62,042 bases of DNA from a plasmid, in sequence record NZ_CP117297.1; one strand, written 5' to 3'. The notes beneath the pieces were generated by a model. The model was given only the letters and a program-made list of their open reading frames with translations. It made no database searches and had not been told where the DNA came from. The position numbers and the translations under genes are program-made. This document shows positions 30,672-40,580 of the stretch, one piece after another. Each line of letters opens with the position of its first letter. The stretch's first letter is position 1.

Positions 30672-30826
30672 TTGCTTAACACTCGCATATTTATCATGAT
30701 GGTTAGCGATGCGCTTGCGCTCATCATGGTAAGTAGCCTTAGGAAGGTTGATTTTATGGAGAATGTCACCAATCTTATAGCGATATTTCTTCGGTAGCGA
30801 TGCTTGATCTGCCCTGATCTGATCAA

Positions 30827-31399
30827 CTATTTGCGTTTTCTCTTTGCCTTGGAGGGTCCGAACAGGGCCAACGATTTTTTTAAGATGTCACGTTCCAATT
30901 TTGTGTCATAGAGTTCTTGGCTTTTCTTGGCAAGTTCTTCTTTTAAACGTTCCACTTCAGTCTTATTAGTAAGACGACGAAGTCGTTTCTTAGTATGTTT
31001 CACCTTTGACGGCCTACCTTTCGGGTGAGGTTTCAAGGCTTCAATACCATCTCGCTTGAACTGTGACCGCCAAAGTGAAATTTGGCACGCTTGCACGTCA
31101 AATCGAGCCGCTACTTTAACCATCGATTCCTCATGAGTTTGGTAGTAGTCTATCACACTCAACTTAAAATCTGCGGTAAGGGTTCGTGGATGACGACGCC
31201 GTTTCAAGGCGTCTATCCCACTTAAGCGATATCTTTGAATCCATTTCCTGATCAGTCGGCTACTGATACTGTATTTGCGCCCCAAGGCTCGAGAACTTTG
31301 TGGAGTAGTCAGATATTCGTGGACAATTTTAGCTTTAAAGTCAGGTTTGTATTTAGTCATAAAAAGTGCCTCACAATCGTTAGAACTTTTGTCTAACAA
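30827..31399 (-). CDS. IS3-family transposase OrfA (HTH)
   Basis: 190 aa with HTH and leucine zipper typical of IS3 OrfA. Confidence 0.75.
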   Translation of the reverse strand: MLDKSSNDCEALFMTKYKPDFKAKIVHEYLTTPQSSRALGRKYSISSRLIRKWIQRYRLSGIDALKRRRHPRTLTADFKLSVIDYYQTHEESMVKVAARFDVQACQISLWRSQFKRDGIEALKPHPKGRPSKVKHTKKRLRRLTNKTEVERLKEELAKKSQELYDTKLERDILKKSLALFGPSKAKRKRK

Positions 31400-31499
31400 T
31401 TATGAGGCACTTCAGAGGTAACGGGCCTTTTGGTATAACACTGTTAGTAACTTCAGCCCTGTTACTAAAAGTGTTATATCACGTGAACCATATAATTTC

Positions 31500-31952
31500 C
31501 TATCCAAATAGTCCAGCTTTCTTCCAGCCACATTGTTTCAAATAATCTCGAATCGACTTTTTAATGATTGAAGTATCTAACTTAGATTCAACAATTCCAA
31601 CTTTACCGCTCTTCTTGTCCTGTCCAATGCCAAAAGAAATACTTTTCTGATAAGTCTTTCCCTTAGAAAAGGAGATGTCTTTACTGAAAGATAGTTTACC
31701 GTTATGCATCCTAATACTTGATGTCTTACTAGAAGTGCTATCAACTTCCTTCCATTTCCCGTTATCTTTCAAAGTAACTGTAAAAGTAAACTCTTTGTCC
31801 TCATCGGAGATTCCACCCTCAGTGAAAAACCGGGCATCCATCCATTTCCATGTACCAATAATCGAATCTCCTTCAACAGTAACTTCCCAAGGATTGTTAT
31901 CAGAATTTAGAACCTTTGGTGCATCGCTTAAAACTTTTTCTTTCTCAATCAT
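31500..31952 (-). CDS. Hypothetical protein (150 aa); identical second copy at 44298-44750
   Basis: No signal peptide; Lys/Ser-rich. 8-bp overlap with the upstream LysM gene. Confidence 0.4.
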   Translation of the reverse strand: MIEKEKVLSDAPKVLNSDNNPWEVTVEGDSIIGTWKWMDARFFTEGGISDEDKEFTFTVTLKDNGKWKEVDSTSSKTSSIRMHNGKLSFSKDISFSKGKTYQKSISFGIGQDKKSGKVGIVESKLDTSIIKKSIRDYLKQCGWKKAGLFG

Positions 31953-32463
31953 AAGAAATCATCTCCTTCTTTTGATAATCATTATTAAACATAACTAATC
32001 TTATAATACCAAGACCAGTCATATCGCCAGTAGTAAACCTGATCATACTATAACCGTAGTATACAATATCAATGATTCTAGATATAGCAAGAAGCAAAAA
32101 TTGATCGATTGTCCGGCCAATTTTATTAACTAGGGGCGATGTATCATGTAGAAATGATAAGCCGACGTCCATATGGAGCCATGATGATGGGATTTTCACC
32201 AGATTAAAGCCATATTGGCCAATCGACAAGACATCGACGGCTTTGGCACAATTCACCTTTAACAGCTCCTCGACTGACATGGCATACTTATAGGCAATCG
32301 TCCACCAAGTATCGCCGGGCGTCACCTGATAGTAATCATTTAACTTCAACTGTTCTTTGGTCGGTTTATCTAAGTCCGATCCCGTAATCCAATTAATGAA
32401 CCATAAAATAGCTTCGATTGCTAAGTAAGCACAGAAAAGCCGCCGAAGTATTCTTAGAAACAC
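31945..32463 (-). CDS. LysM-domain protein with N-terminal TM segment
   Basis: LysM motif YQVTPGDTWWTIAYKYAMSVEELLKVN follows a hydrophobic N-terminus. Confidence 0.5.
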   Translation of the reverse strand: MFLRILRRLFCAYLAIEAILWFINWITGSDLDKPTKEQLKLNDYYQVTPGDTWWTIAYKYAMSVEELLKVNCAKAVDVLSIGQYGFNLVKIPSSWLHMDVGLSFLHDTSPLVNKIGRTIDQFLLLAISRIIDIVYYGYSMIRFTTGDMTGLGIIRLVMFNNDYQKKEMISYD

Positions 32464-32656
32464 CGCAAGCCTTAGCTTCGGGTGACGTGGCTAAAATGAG
32501 TCCACCATTAGTATTTTCAGCTTCACTAAGGACCACTAATGGGACTTTTAAGGGGTTAAGTCCCCGGGCAACGGTCTCGCAACTAGCATAAAAGGACTTG
32601 TTATCAATTAAGAAAAACATGCCATGCGGTTCACCATCAAGAAATATTTTCATCAC
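32393..32656 (-). pseudogene. N-terminal fragment of a UmuC/Y-family DNA polymerase gene
   Basis: MMKIFLDGEPHGMFFLIDNKSFYASCETVARGLNPLKVPLVVLSE matches the UmuC N-terminus (FYASCE..). It then runs out of frame into the LysM gene. Confidence 0.55.
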
Positions 32657-32772
32657 TTCCGTTAGCTTTTACCTGGATTGTAGCACATAAAGCAAACATA
32701 TGTTCCCTTAAGTTGCTAGGAAGCTGATTAAAAATAGTCGAAAATCAGTTATAGTCATGCTATAATGTAGAC

Positions 32773-32892
32773 AGAAAAAGGAAGCCCCGCTGGAACAGGA
32801 CTTCCCATGTAGAGCCGTTAAAGACGGTGGCAGATTTTAACGATATTTAATAACCGCTAGCTGACCAGAGCTAAGGCGGCTATTTTTTTTGC
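32773..32892 (+). ncRNA. Candidate type I antitoxin sRNA (copy 3, divergent 3' half)
   Basis: Conserved promoter and 5' element (tgctataat at 32758-32766). Different variable region and terminator (agccgctag..ctaaggcggctatttttttt) overlapping a different toxin ORF. Confidence 0.45.
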
Positions 32893-32984
32893 TGACTTTT
32901 GATCAGCTCAACAATTAATGCAATTAAGGCCACGATAAAAGTACCGAAAGCCAGCATTAATTGTAAAGCGTCCGCAACGGACAC
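32880..32984 (-). CDS. Divergent Fst-like type I toxin peptide (34 aa, GTG start) MSVADALQLMLAFGTFIVALIALIVELIKSQQKK
   Basis: SD aaaggag 7 nt upstream of the GTG. Hydrophobic TM plus charged tail. -10 tataat (minus strand, cctgtataat) near 33090. Confidence 0.5.
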   Translation of the reverse strand: MSVADALQLMLAFGTFIVALIALIVELIKSQQKK

Positions 32985-33310
32985 TTAGGCTACTCCTTTC
33001 ATTAGGATTTATGGGCTTTAAAGGCTTAACACCATAAGCACCACCTCCGATCGGAAATAGCCACCGCCTTAACTTCTCTACAAAGAACTATTATACAGGG
33101 AAATCAAAAACTTGAAACGATCTTGTTATGGCTTTGCCAATCAAAATTTCTTCTTCCTAAGAATTGACTGTATATTTGTATAAAAAAAGTCCCCCACATT
33201 CCTGTGGAGGACTCAGATATTAATCAATACCAGTTGACTAATACCCAGAATATCGAAATATGGTTTTAAACAGAGCTAATTAATAATACGTCCCAAATTT
33301 GGGGTTCATA

Positions 33311-33733
33311 TCACCTTTCATATTCAATTTTTACGCTTTTTAAGGTTCTTGAACTATCATGGTCCTTTTTTATGCCTAGAACTTGCTCATAGTCATCAAA
33401 GGAAACTAGAATCATAGGACCATCTTTATAAAATTCATCCCGTGTATCTTCACCAATACGTAGTTCTCGTTTGTTATTTACCGTAATGTCCATAGCATAT
33501 GATCCACCACCGACAGCATTTGGTCTATCTAATTTGCCAACTTTTAACTCATTAACACCCGAATAATTTTGTACCAACCATAAGGCCGCCTTCTCTTGCG
33601 CTCATCTTTCTTCATTCGCCGCATTTGCCTGACTTTGTTTAACAGTTACGTACCTCACTGCAATACCTCCCACTAACAAGATCATGAGGATTGTGAAGAT
33701 TAACCAGCCTTTCTTACGCTTATTCATTATCGT
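33311..33733 (-). pseudogene. Frameshifted gene for a small N-terminally membrane-anchored protein
   Basis: MNKRKKGWLIFTILMILLVGGIAVRYV.. (41-aa ORF, 33608-33733) continues after a -1 frameshift into the 88-aa ORF 33311-33577. Confidence 0.4.
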
Positions 33734-34035
33734 CCCACCTCATGATTAATTTGGCGCGTGTGATTTGCCATCCTACAAAGACATTTAATTCATCTTCCCC
33801 CACGATTGATTTGTGGTACTGTCCATCAGCCTTGATTAATTGTTGGTCCATGATCTGGGAACTAATGGCCCCGCCGGAATATTCTTCTTCAAGGCCTTGG
33901 TTAAATTATTAAACGCCCGTGTAAACTCAAGCTGGTTCGTCTGTCGTTCACGCTTTACTTTTTCAATGATCGGAATTGTTAGAAAGCTGATTAAAGATAG
34001 TCGAAAGTCAGTTATAGTCATGCTATAATGTAGAC

Positions 34036-34163
34036 AGAAAAAGGAAGTCCCGCTGGAACAGGGCTTCCCACGCAAGCCGCTTCAAAGGCGGTTGCAGAAA
34101 GTTAACTAAACGATAATGTCGTCCCCGTAACTCGCCAAAGTTATGATCGGGGCGGCTTTTTTA
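34036..34163 (+). ncRNA. Orphan copy (4) of the type I antitoxin-like sRNA with no toxin ORF
   Basis: Promoter, 5' element and terminator are near-identical to copy 1. The terminator is immediately followed by the 3' end of mazF instead of a toxin peptide ORF. Confidence 0.45.
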
Positions 34164-34505
34164 TTTGTCATCAATACTAAACAATAATTTGTACAAAGTG
34201 ATTATTTCTTCTAGTTCTTCACGCGATACATGATCGACAATAGCTTCGTCAGCAACATGTCTTGCCCGCAAATCTAAAGCTATTGTTTGATCTAACAATA
34301 CTTTTCCATATACTGTTTGACTACTAGTTAGTCGATGATACATTGGAAAATTCCGCTCGGTACTGCTAATTGGAGCCACAATCGTCATGTTACTTGTTTG
34401 GTAGACTAGATCATTGCTTAGAGCAATGGCTGGCCGCCTATTCATCTGTTCATGACCACGGCTTGGATTAAAGTTAACATAGAATATATCGCCCTGACTT
34501 ACCAT
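34161..34505 (-). CDS. mazF: MazF/PemK-family endoribonuclease toxin
   Basis: 114 aa. GDIFYVNFNPSRGHEQ .. RPAIALSND matches the PemK/MazF N-terminus. Confidence 0.8.
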   Translation of the reverse strand: MVSQGDIFYVNFNPSRGHEQMNRRPAIALSNDLVYQTSNMTIVAPISSTERNFPMYHRLTSSQTVYGKVLLDQTIALDLRARHVADEAIVDHVSREELEEIITLYKLLFSIDDK

Positions 34506-34762
34506 TGAAGTTCATTACCTTCTGACTTTCCCCAATCAAGCTCGTGATCACGTTTCCCGTCATCTTGCCAGTTCTTAAATAGTTCGTGAATATTAGTCGG
34601 ATTCTTTTTTATTGGTGTTAAAACAATCGATCCATTTTCAATTGTTATTGTCATATCTTGGTTATCATCTAATTTCAATTGTCTAATAATCTGGCTAGGA
34701 ATTCTAGCAGCTTTCGAGTTGCCCCACTTTGCCAGGCGTGTTTGTTCTTTAATAAGTTCCAT
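34499..34762 (-). CDS. mazE: MazE/PemI-family antitoxin (AbrB/SpoVT fold)
   Basis: 87 aa. LAKWGNSKAARIPSQII motif. 7-bp overlap with mazF. Confidence 0.75.
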   Translation of the reverse strand: MELIKEQTRLAKWGNSKAARIPSQIIRQLKLDDNQDMTITIENGSIVLTPIKKNPTNIHELFKNWQDDGKRDHELDWGKSEGNELQW

Positions 34763-34848
34763 AATTTTGCCTCCTAATTCGTTGTTCTGGTTTTAGTATA
34801 TCCCACATAGATACGAAAATGCAAATGTTCTTACTGGAGGTCATTTAT

Positions 34849-35082
34849 ATGCAACCTGATAATCCGGCTAAAGTCGCCGAGTTCTTTGAGAACTTCTTTA
34901 AAGATAACCAAGAATTAAGGCATCTTTTCCATGTAGTCGTCGATGATGGTAACTATCAAGCTGAGTGGGCCGTTGCTGGGCGTAAACGTAGTGGAAAAAT
35001 ATTTGCATTTCATGGTTTTGACACCTACCAATTTGACCAGCAAAACAAAATAAGCTTCTTAAAAGTTAAACTTGAAAAATAG
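34849..35082 (+). CDS. Hypothetical small protein
   Basis: ORF from MQPDNPAKV. No recognised motif. Confidence 0.25.
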   Translation: MQPDNPAKVAEFFENFFKDNQELRHLFHVVVDDGNYQAEWAVAGRKRSGKIFAFHGFDTYQFDQQNKISFLKVKLEK

Positions 35083-35186
35083 AAACAAAAAAGGCCAATA
35101 GGGTACACCCTATTGGTCTTTTTTATTTCTGTGCTATACTAGGAATTGCAAGTGTTCATTAGAACTGTCCAAAAGGAGAATTGAAA

Positions 35187-35771
35187 ATGGCTAAAATCGG
35201 TTATGCGCGTGTGAGTTCCAAGGAGCAACATTTAGATCGACAGTTAGCGGCTTTAAAAGACGTTGATAAATTATTTACGGATAAATTAAGTGGGGCTAAC
35301 ACTAATCGGCCAGAACTGCAAAAAATGCTGGCCTATATTCGTGAGGGTGATATTGTCCTGGTCACTGAATTAGATCGCTTAGGCAGAAACAACCAGGATT
35401 TAACTAAGATTATGAACACCATTCAAAATAAAGGCGCCACCTTAGATGTGTTAAATTTACCGTCCATGACAGGGATTGCTGATCCTAACTTGCGTCAACT
35501 GATGACTAACCTCATCATTGAACTGTATAAGTATCAGGCGGAAAGCGAACGTAAGCGGATCATCGAACGTCAGCAACAAGGGATTGCCTTAGCTAAGCAG
35601 CAGGGTAAATATCATGGGCGCAAACCCCAATACACCCAAGACGATCCCCGCTTGCAACATGCTTTTAAGCTTTACCAGGCAGGCATGAGTGACATTGATG
35701 TGGCTCGAAATACTGGGATTAAACGGACGACCTTTATCAGATATCGCAAAAAGCTTAATATAAAAAGATGA
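35187..35771 (+). CDS. Small serine recombinase / resolvase (second copy, distinct sequence)
   Basis: YARVSSKEQ catalytic motif and C-terminal HTH. RBS aaaggag before ATG 35187. Confidence 0.8.
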   Translation: MAKIGYARVSSKEQHLDRQLAALKDVDKLFTDKLSGANTNRPELQKMLAYIREGDIVLVTELDRLGRNNQDLTKIMNTIQNKGATLDVLNLPSMTGIADPNLRQLMTNLIIELYKYQAESERKRIIERQQQGIALAKQQGKYHGRKPQYTQDDPRLQHAFKLYQAGMSDIDVARNTGIKRTTFIRYRKKLNIKR

Positions 35772-36032
35772 GACTTATATGTCAGGTAAATTAAAAACCG
35801 TTTTTTATGAGCAGCAAAATTATTTTGAAAAAATGATGGGAATTAAGTTAGAGTGATATCATTTATTAATCAGAATGCAAACAACTGTGCTCAACATAGT
35901 TCTGGAAGTGTTTGTTGTTCCATTCTTCGATTGCATGCTTAGTAGCTTTCGATTCATCGTACACGTTTTTATTTTCAAGATTGTATTTGAAAATAAAATG
36001 TTACCTTTTACCCTAGAAAGGTAACACCAAAA

Positions 36033-36069
36033 GAAAAATTCCCAATGTATTTAGCAAAGGGAATTTTTT
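36033..36069. terminator. Bidirectional intrinsic terminator
   Basis: gaaaaattccc..gggaatttttt hairpin with T-runs on both strands. Downstream of pncA (minus). Confidence 0.5.
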
Positions 36070-36111
36070 GTAATTAATTCGTGGTTTTTTTGATAATCAT
36101 TTGAAAGTGAA

Positions 36112-36660
36112 TTATCGAATTGTGGCCCCTAATACGTTTTTAAAATGATTCATCGCCCATTCGGCACCAGCTGGTGAGAACGTGGCCACGGCTGCTTGTG
36201 GAATCACAATGTGGTAATCCAGGTTGTAGGCACTGATTGCGGTGTGGAGGACACAAATATCAGTGCAGACACCAGCAATCCAGACTTCATCAATCCGCCG
36301 TTCCCGCAGGTAGTTATCCAAATTGGTGTTTTGGAAGGAGGAGTAACGGTTCTTATTGAATTTGTAGACATGGGAGTCGTCATGATGTTGATCAAACCAG
36401 CTGCCGACTTGGCCGTATAGTTTCTGACCGGTCGTCCCAATAATATTATGGGCCGGATATAGTTTGGTTTCTGGATTGAATGGGTCATTAAGCCGGTGAC
36501 CATCAGTAGGAAAGATCACATAATCATGCTGGCTTAAGAATTGATCGGCTAACCGCATAATTTCTGGGGCCAACGTCTGCGCTGGCTTGCCAACCGTTAG
36601 TGATCCCTTATCAGCCACAAAGTCGTTTGTATAGTCAATAATTAAGAGCGCTTTAGCCAT
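36112..36660 (-). CDS. pncA: Nicotinamidase / isochorismatase-family hydrolase
   Basis: 182 aa. Cysteine hydrolase core GVCTDICV, with D and K catalytic residues. Adjacent to pncB. Confidence 0.7.
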   Translation of the reverse strand: MAKALLIIDYTNDFVADKGSLTVGKPAQTLAPEIMRLADQFLSQHDYVIFPTDGHRLNDPFNPETKLYPAHNIIGTTGQKLYGQVGSWFDQHHDDSHVYKFNKNRYSSFQNTNLDNYLRERRIDEVWIAGVCTDICVLHTAISAYNLDYHIVIPQAAVATFSPAGAEWAMNHFKNVLGATIR

Positions 36661-36661
36661 C

Positions 36662-38101
36662 TTAATGTTCCTCCGTAAATTGAGCTTTAGTAATTAACTG
36701 TTCTTGCAATTCAGCCAATGTAGCTGTTAAGTAAACTGGGTACCGATCGGGGTTAACTAACCGTTTTGTGGCTTCTGGTAATTCTGCCACTTGATCCATT
36801 GAGAATTGCTGAATCTTAAAGAGATCATTTTCGATTGAGGAAGCATTGGAACCCAGATATTCTTGCATCAATGGCTTAGCATTAAAGCTAGTCAGAACTT
36901 GGCTGGCGTGCGTGGCTGCCGAATTAGCATTAACCACTTTCAATGGAGCCGTGATGTGCTCATCAGCCAGGGCAATCACATCGGCGATCGCTTGGTGAAG
37001 GTTATCTTGCCGATAAATCCGGTAAACTTGCTTATTACCAGGCAGGGTGATCTTTTCTCTGCTATCACTAACCTTAATTTTTGGGATCAATTGATCATTA
37101 ATCTTTTCCTCGGCGAGCTTATAAACGCCACTTAATACCGGACTGGAGGAACTGGTAATTAAACGTTCCCCAATCCCAAAGTTATCAATTGGAGCTCCTT
37201 CATCCAATAACGACTTAACTACATGCGCATCAAGGGCATTTGAAGCTGTAATCTTCGCCTTGGGGAAGCCAGCATCATCGAGCATCTTCCGGGCTTTGAT
37301 GGCTAATTGAGAAATGTCACCGGAATCGATCCGGATCCCGACTGGTTGGTGCCCTTGAGCGCTAACTTGCTTGAAGACCCGAATCGCGTTCGGCACTCCT
37401 GACTTCAAGACATCATAAGTATCAACGAGCAAGGAAACTTTGTCAGGATAAACCTTGGCCCAAGCTTGAAAGGCACTTAATTCATCAGAGAAGCTTTCGA
37501 CCCAGGCATGTGCCATTGTGCCGGCCGCGGGAATATTAAATTGACTGGCTGCTTGTAAGTTCGACGTGCTGGTACAACCGCCGATCACCGCGGCTCGCGC
37601 CCCATACGTGGCGGCATCAGGGCCTTGCGCCCGCCGCGCGCCAAATTCCATAATTGGTCGGCCTTGAGCGGCATGGTTGATTTGCCAAGACTTCGTCGCA
37701 ATTAATGATTGATGGTTAATGATGTTTAGAATAAAGGTTTCTAACAGCTGGGCTTCAATCAACGGTCCACTAATTGAAATAATTGGTTCCCGTGGGAAAA
37801 CAGGGGTTCCTTCTGGTAAAGCCTTAATCGAGCAGTGATTTTTAATCTCGCTCAGGTAATCCAAAAACTCGGGAGTAAATTCATTCAGGGAGGTCAGGTA
37901 TTCAATATTCTCCTTAGTGAAATGCCAATTTTGAACTTGTTCTACCACTTGCTGGAGACCAGCGACAATGACAAAACTACCGTTGTCGGGAACCCGGCGA
38001 TAAAAGACGTCGAAGCGAGCTTGTCGATCATGGGGTAGGGTAGCGTAGTACCCATTGGCCATGGAAAATTCATATAAGTCGGTTAATAGTTGTAGATTCA
38101 T
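36662..38101 (-). CDS. pncB: Nicotinate phosphoribosyltransferase
   Basis: 479 aa. N-terminus TDLYEFSMANGYY and NAPRTase family pattern throughout. Confidence 0.8.
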   Translation of the reverse strand: MNLQLLTDLYEFSMANGYYATLPHDRQARFDVFYRRVPDNGSFVIVAGLQQVVEQVQNWHFTKENIEYLTSLNEFTPEFLDYLSEIKNHCSIKALPEGTPVFPREPIISISGPLIEAQLLETFILNIINHQSLIATKSWQINHAAQGRPIMEFGARRAQGPDAATYGARAAVIGGCTSTSNLQAASQFNIPAAGTMAHAWVESFSDELSAFQAWAKVYPDKVSLLVDTYDVLKSGVPNAIRVFKQVSAQGHQPVGIRIDSGDISQLAIKARKMLDDAGFPKAKITASNALDAHVVKSLLDEGAPIDNFGIGERLITSSSSPVLSGVYKLAEEKINDQLIPKIKVSDSREKITLPGNKQVYRIYRQDNLHQAIADVIALADEHITAPLKVVNANSAATHASQVLTSFNAKPLMQEYLGSNASSIENDLFKIQQFSMDQVAELPEATKRLVNPDRYPVYLTATLAELQEQLITKAQFTEEH

Positions 38102-38216
38102 CTTAAACGCTTCCTTTTAAGTAAAAATTACTTTAATTTGGCTAAAAATAAAAGTATGGTTGACTTTTATTTACGTCTAGTATAAATACTTTGCAGCAAA
38201 ATGCAAATGATGCCCT

Positions 38217-38921
38217 TTAGTTAAGTTGGTAGAGCTTTGGTGGCCGCCCAGAATGGTTCAAAGTGGCGGCCCCGACTTCTTTGAAGAGGTGGTTATGAGT
38301 TTTCTTAAAGTTGGAATTATCAATCTTGTCAATTGTCGTACCTAAGAAAGCCGCAAAGACTTCGCGCGCTTGGCGCAGGGTAAAGGTATTACCTAAGATC
38401 CGAAGAATTTGGGGTTGATAGTCCAGCTTGTTTTTAATCCGATTAATGGCGGTGGTAATGATTTGAATATGATCAAAGACCTGGTGACCGGCGGGGCTTA
38501 GGATAATCTCCTGTTGGTCATGGGTGATCACATAGTTGCCCTGATCTTTATCAAGCACGAACCATTGGGCATCTGTGGCCCCATACCCTGGATGCAATTT
38601 TGGGGTTGATGGTAAATAGGTCATATAGGCGAGTGCTAGTGCCCGAGTTCCCGTAACCCGCTTGGGATCTGTAAAGGTGGCCAGTTGTTCGGTTGAATTC
38701 ATCGGAACTTGCAGGCCAATTTTATCGTCAATTAGACGAATGCAGGCCGCGTCGGCACTCTCTTTACTCCGCAAGAAGGTTTCGGGGAGGGCCCAATGTC
38801 CCTTTAGAGGTTCATCCGCCCGCTTAATCAGTAGTAATTGTGGTCGGTGTAATTCAGTATTAAAACTCCAAATGACGTTGGTGATGGTCACCAATGGCCG
38901 GGCAATAATTTCACTATCCAA
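38217..38921 (-). CDS. nrtR: NrtR-like Nudix-related transcriptional regulator (Nudix-like N-domain plus C-terminal wHTH)
   Basis: 234 aa. Nudix-like fold (LLLIKRADEPLKGHWALPETF) then a C-terminal HTH-like region. Located upstream of pncB-pncA, as is typical for NrtR regulons. Confidence 0.6.
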   Translation of the reverse strand: MDSEIIARPLVTITNVIWSFNTELHRPQLLLIKRADEPLKGHWALPETFLRSKESADAACIRLIDDKIGLQVPMNSTEQLATFTDPKRVTGTRALALAYMTYLPSTPKLHPGYGATDAQWFVLDKDQGNYVITHDQQEIILSPAGHQVFDHIQIITTAINRIKNKLDYQPQILRILGNTFTLRQAREVFAAFLGTTIDKIDNSNFKKTHNHLFKEVGAATLNHSGRPPKLYQLN

Positions 38922-39143
38922 TTGACGCTCCTCCCTTCATAATTATTAACTCAACTCTATTTTAGCATTTCTCGGCCACTAGTAATTGCCCAGTTGCTTT
39001 AAATCATGTTTGACGAGGATTGCTAAATTTTGAATGGTGATCGACGTCGGCTGGGCTAACCATAAGCAAAAAGTATTCCAGAAAATACCGACGGCAATGC
39101 GGGTCATATATTCAACTTTGGTATCGTTAGTGACATCGACGTG

Positions 39144-39452
39144 TCAAGCAACACTGGGGTGGCGGAGATGGAAACGCCGAAAGAAAACCGGCATCGTTTG
39201 GTTAGCATTATCCAAGATCTTATAGCTTAAACCAGCTTTAACTAACAAAGCCAATTTAGCTGAGTGAGCTGGCCAGTAAGTAAAGAAGTCATCGATGACT
39301 TCTTTATAGGTTTGGGGGTTAACTTGCAAGATCCAATCAGTGTATTTCTTTAGTAAGGAAATAACATACTGATTAATCACATCGTCTTTGCTTTTGAAAT
39401 TCCGGTAAAAAGTCCGCCGGGAAATATGGGCTTGGTTACTAATATCGATCAC
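39144..39452 (-). pseudogene. Truncated TetR-family regulator fragment
   Basis: HTH piece ISRRTFYRNFKSKDDV lacks its first helix and start codon. Confidence 0.4.
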
Positions 39453-39852
39453 GAAAATTTCTTGGTACGGTTTGACGGTTAATAATTTTTTACAGGCTCA
39501 AACCAAAGAATTATCAGCTTTTATTGAGCTACTTAAACAGCAGTTAGAGGTTAAGGACGAACAGATTGCAACGACTAATAGGATTGCCGATCAAGCACAA
39601 CAATTAGATTTAACTACACACAAACAATCACAACCATCATTACCTCAACAAACCGAATCTGAACACCCGCACAATAAAAAGTATGGATTGTTATGGTGAA
39701 TAACACATTAATCAACAAATTTGATCAGCTGATTACTTATACGAACAGGCGGAGTGTCTGAAAAGATACTCTTTTTTATACTGGTTTTTAAGTTAGGATC
39801 CATTTTATAAATAACCCCTCAAGAATCCTGAAAAATATGAAGTGCCTCATAA

Positions 39853-40425
39853 TTGTTAGACAAAAGTTCTAACGATTGTGAGGCACTTTTTATGACTAAA
39901 TACAAACCTGACTTTAAAGCTAAAATTGTCCACGAATATCTGACTACTCCACAAAGTTCTCGAGCCTTGGGGCGCAAATACAGTATCAGTAGCCGACTGA
40001 TCAGGAAATGGATTCAAAGATATCGCTTAAGTGGGATAGACGCCTTGAAACGGCGTCGTCATCCACGAACCCTTACCGCAGATTTTAAGTTGAGTGTGAT
40101 AGACTACTACCAAACTCATGAGGAATCGATGGTTAAAGTAGCGGCTCGATTTGACGTGCAAGCGTGCCAAATTTCACTTTGGCGGTCACAGTTCAAGCGA
40201 GATGGTATTGAAGCCTTGAAACCTCACCCGAAAGGTAGGCCGTCAAAGGTGAAACATACTAAGAAACGACTTCGTCGTCTTACTAATAAGACTGAAGTGG
40301 AACGTTTAAAAGAAGAACTTGCCAAGAAAAGCCAAGAACTCTATGACACAAAATTGGAACGTGACATCTTAAAAAAATCGTTGGCCCTGTTCGGACCCTC
40401 CAAGGCAAAGAGAAAACGCAAATAG
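39853..40425 (+). CDS. IS3-family transposase OrfA
   Basis: Identical to 30827-31399. Confidence 0.75.
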   Translation: MLDKSSNDCEALFMTKYKPDFKAKIVHEYLTTPQSSRALGRKYSISSRLIRKWIQRYRLSGIDALKRRRHPRTLTADFKLSVIDYYQTHEESMVKVAARFDVQACQISLWRSQFKRDGIEALKPHPKGRPSKVKHTKKRLRRLTNKTEVERLKEELAKKSQELYDTKLERDILKKSLALFGPSKAKRKRK

Positions 40426-40580
40426 TTGATCAGATCAGGGCAGATCAAGCATCGCTACCGAAGAAATATCGCTATAAGATTGGTGACATTCTCCATAAAA
40501 TCAACCTTCCTAAGGCTACTTACCATGATGAGCGCAAGCGCATCGCTAACCATCATGATAAATATGCGAGTGTTAAGCAA

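Larger units (their letters stand above)
29895..31414 (-). mobile_element. IS3-family IS (1520 bp), copy A, with 3-bp target duplication GAG
   Basis: Terminal inverted repeats TGAAGTGC..; flanking GAG at 29892-29894 and 31415-31417. Nearly identical to copy B at 39838-41357. Confidence 0.8.

Noticed and set aside
33836-34075. 79-aa minus-strand ORF starting inside the conserved sRNA promoter element
   Set aside because: Its start codon lies in the conserved sRNA promoter block. The downstream frame is interrupted, with a second frame continuing to 33734. It is probably a decayed gene rather than a functional CDS.
36196-38038. ORFs overlapping pncA and pncB on either strand
   Set aside because: They are nested in well-supported genes.
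39472-39699. 75-aa ORF with TTG start between the TetR fragment and IS copy B
   Set aside because: No RBS or recognisable motif. It is possibly a fragment of a degraded gene.
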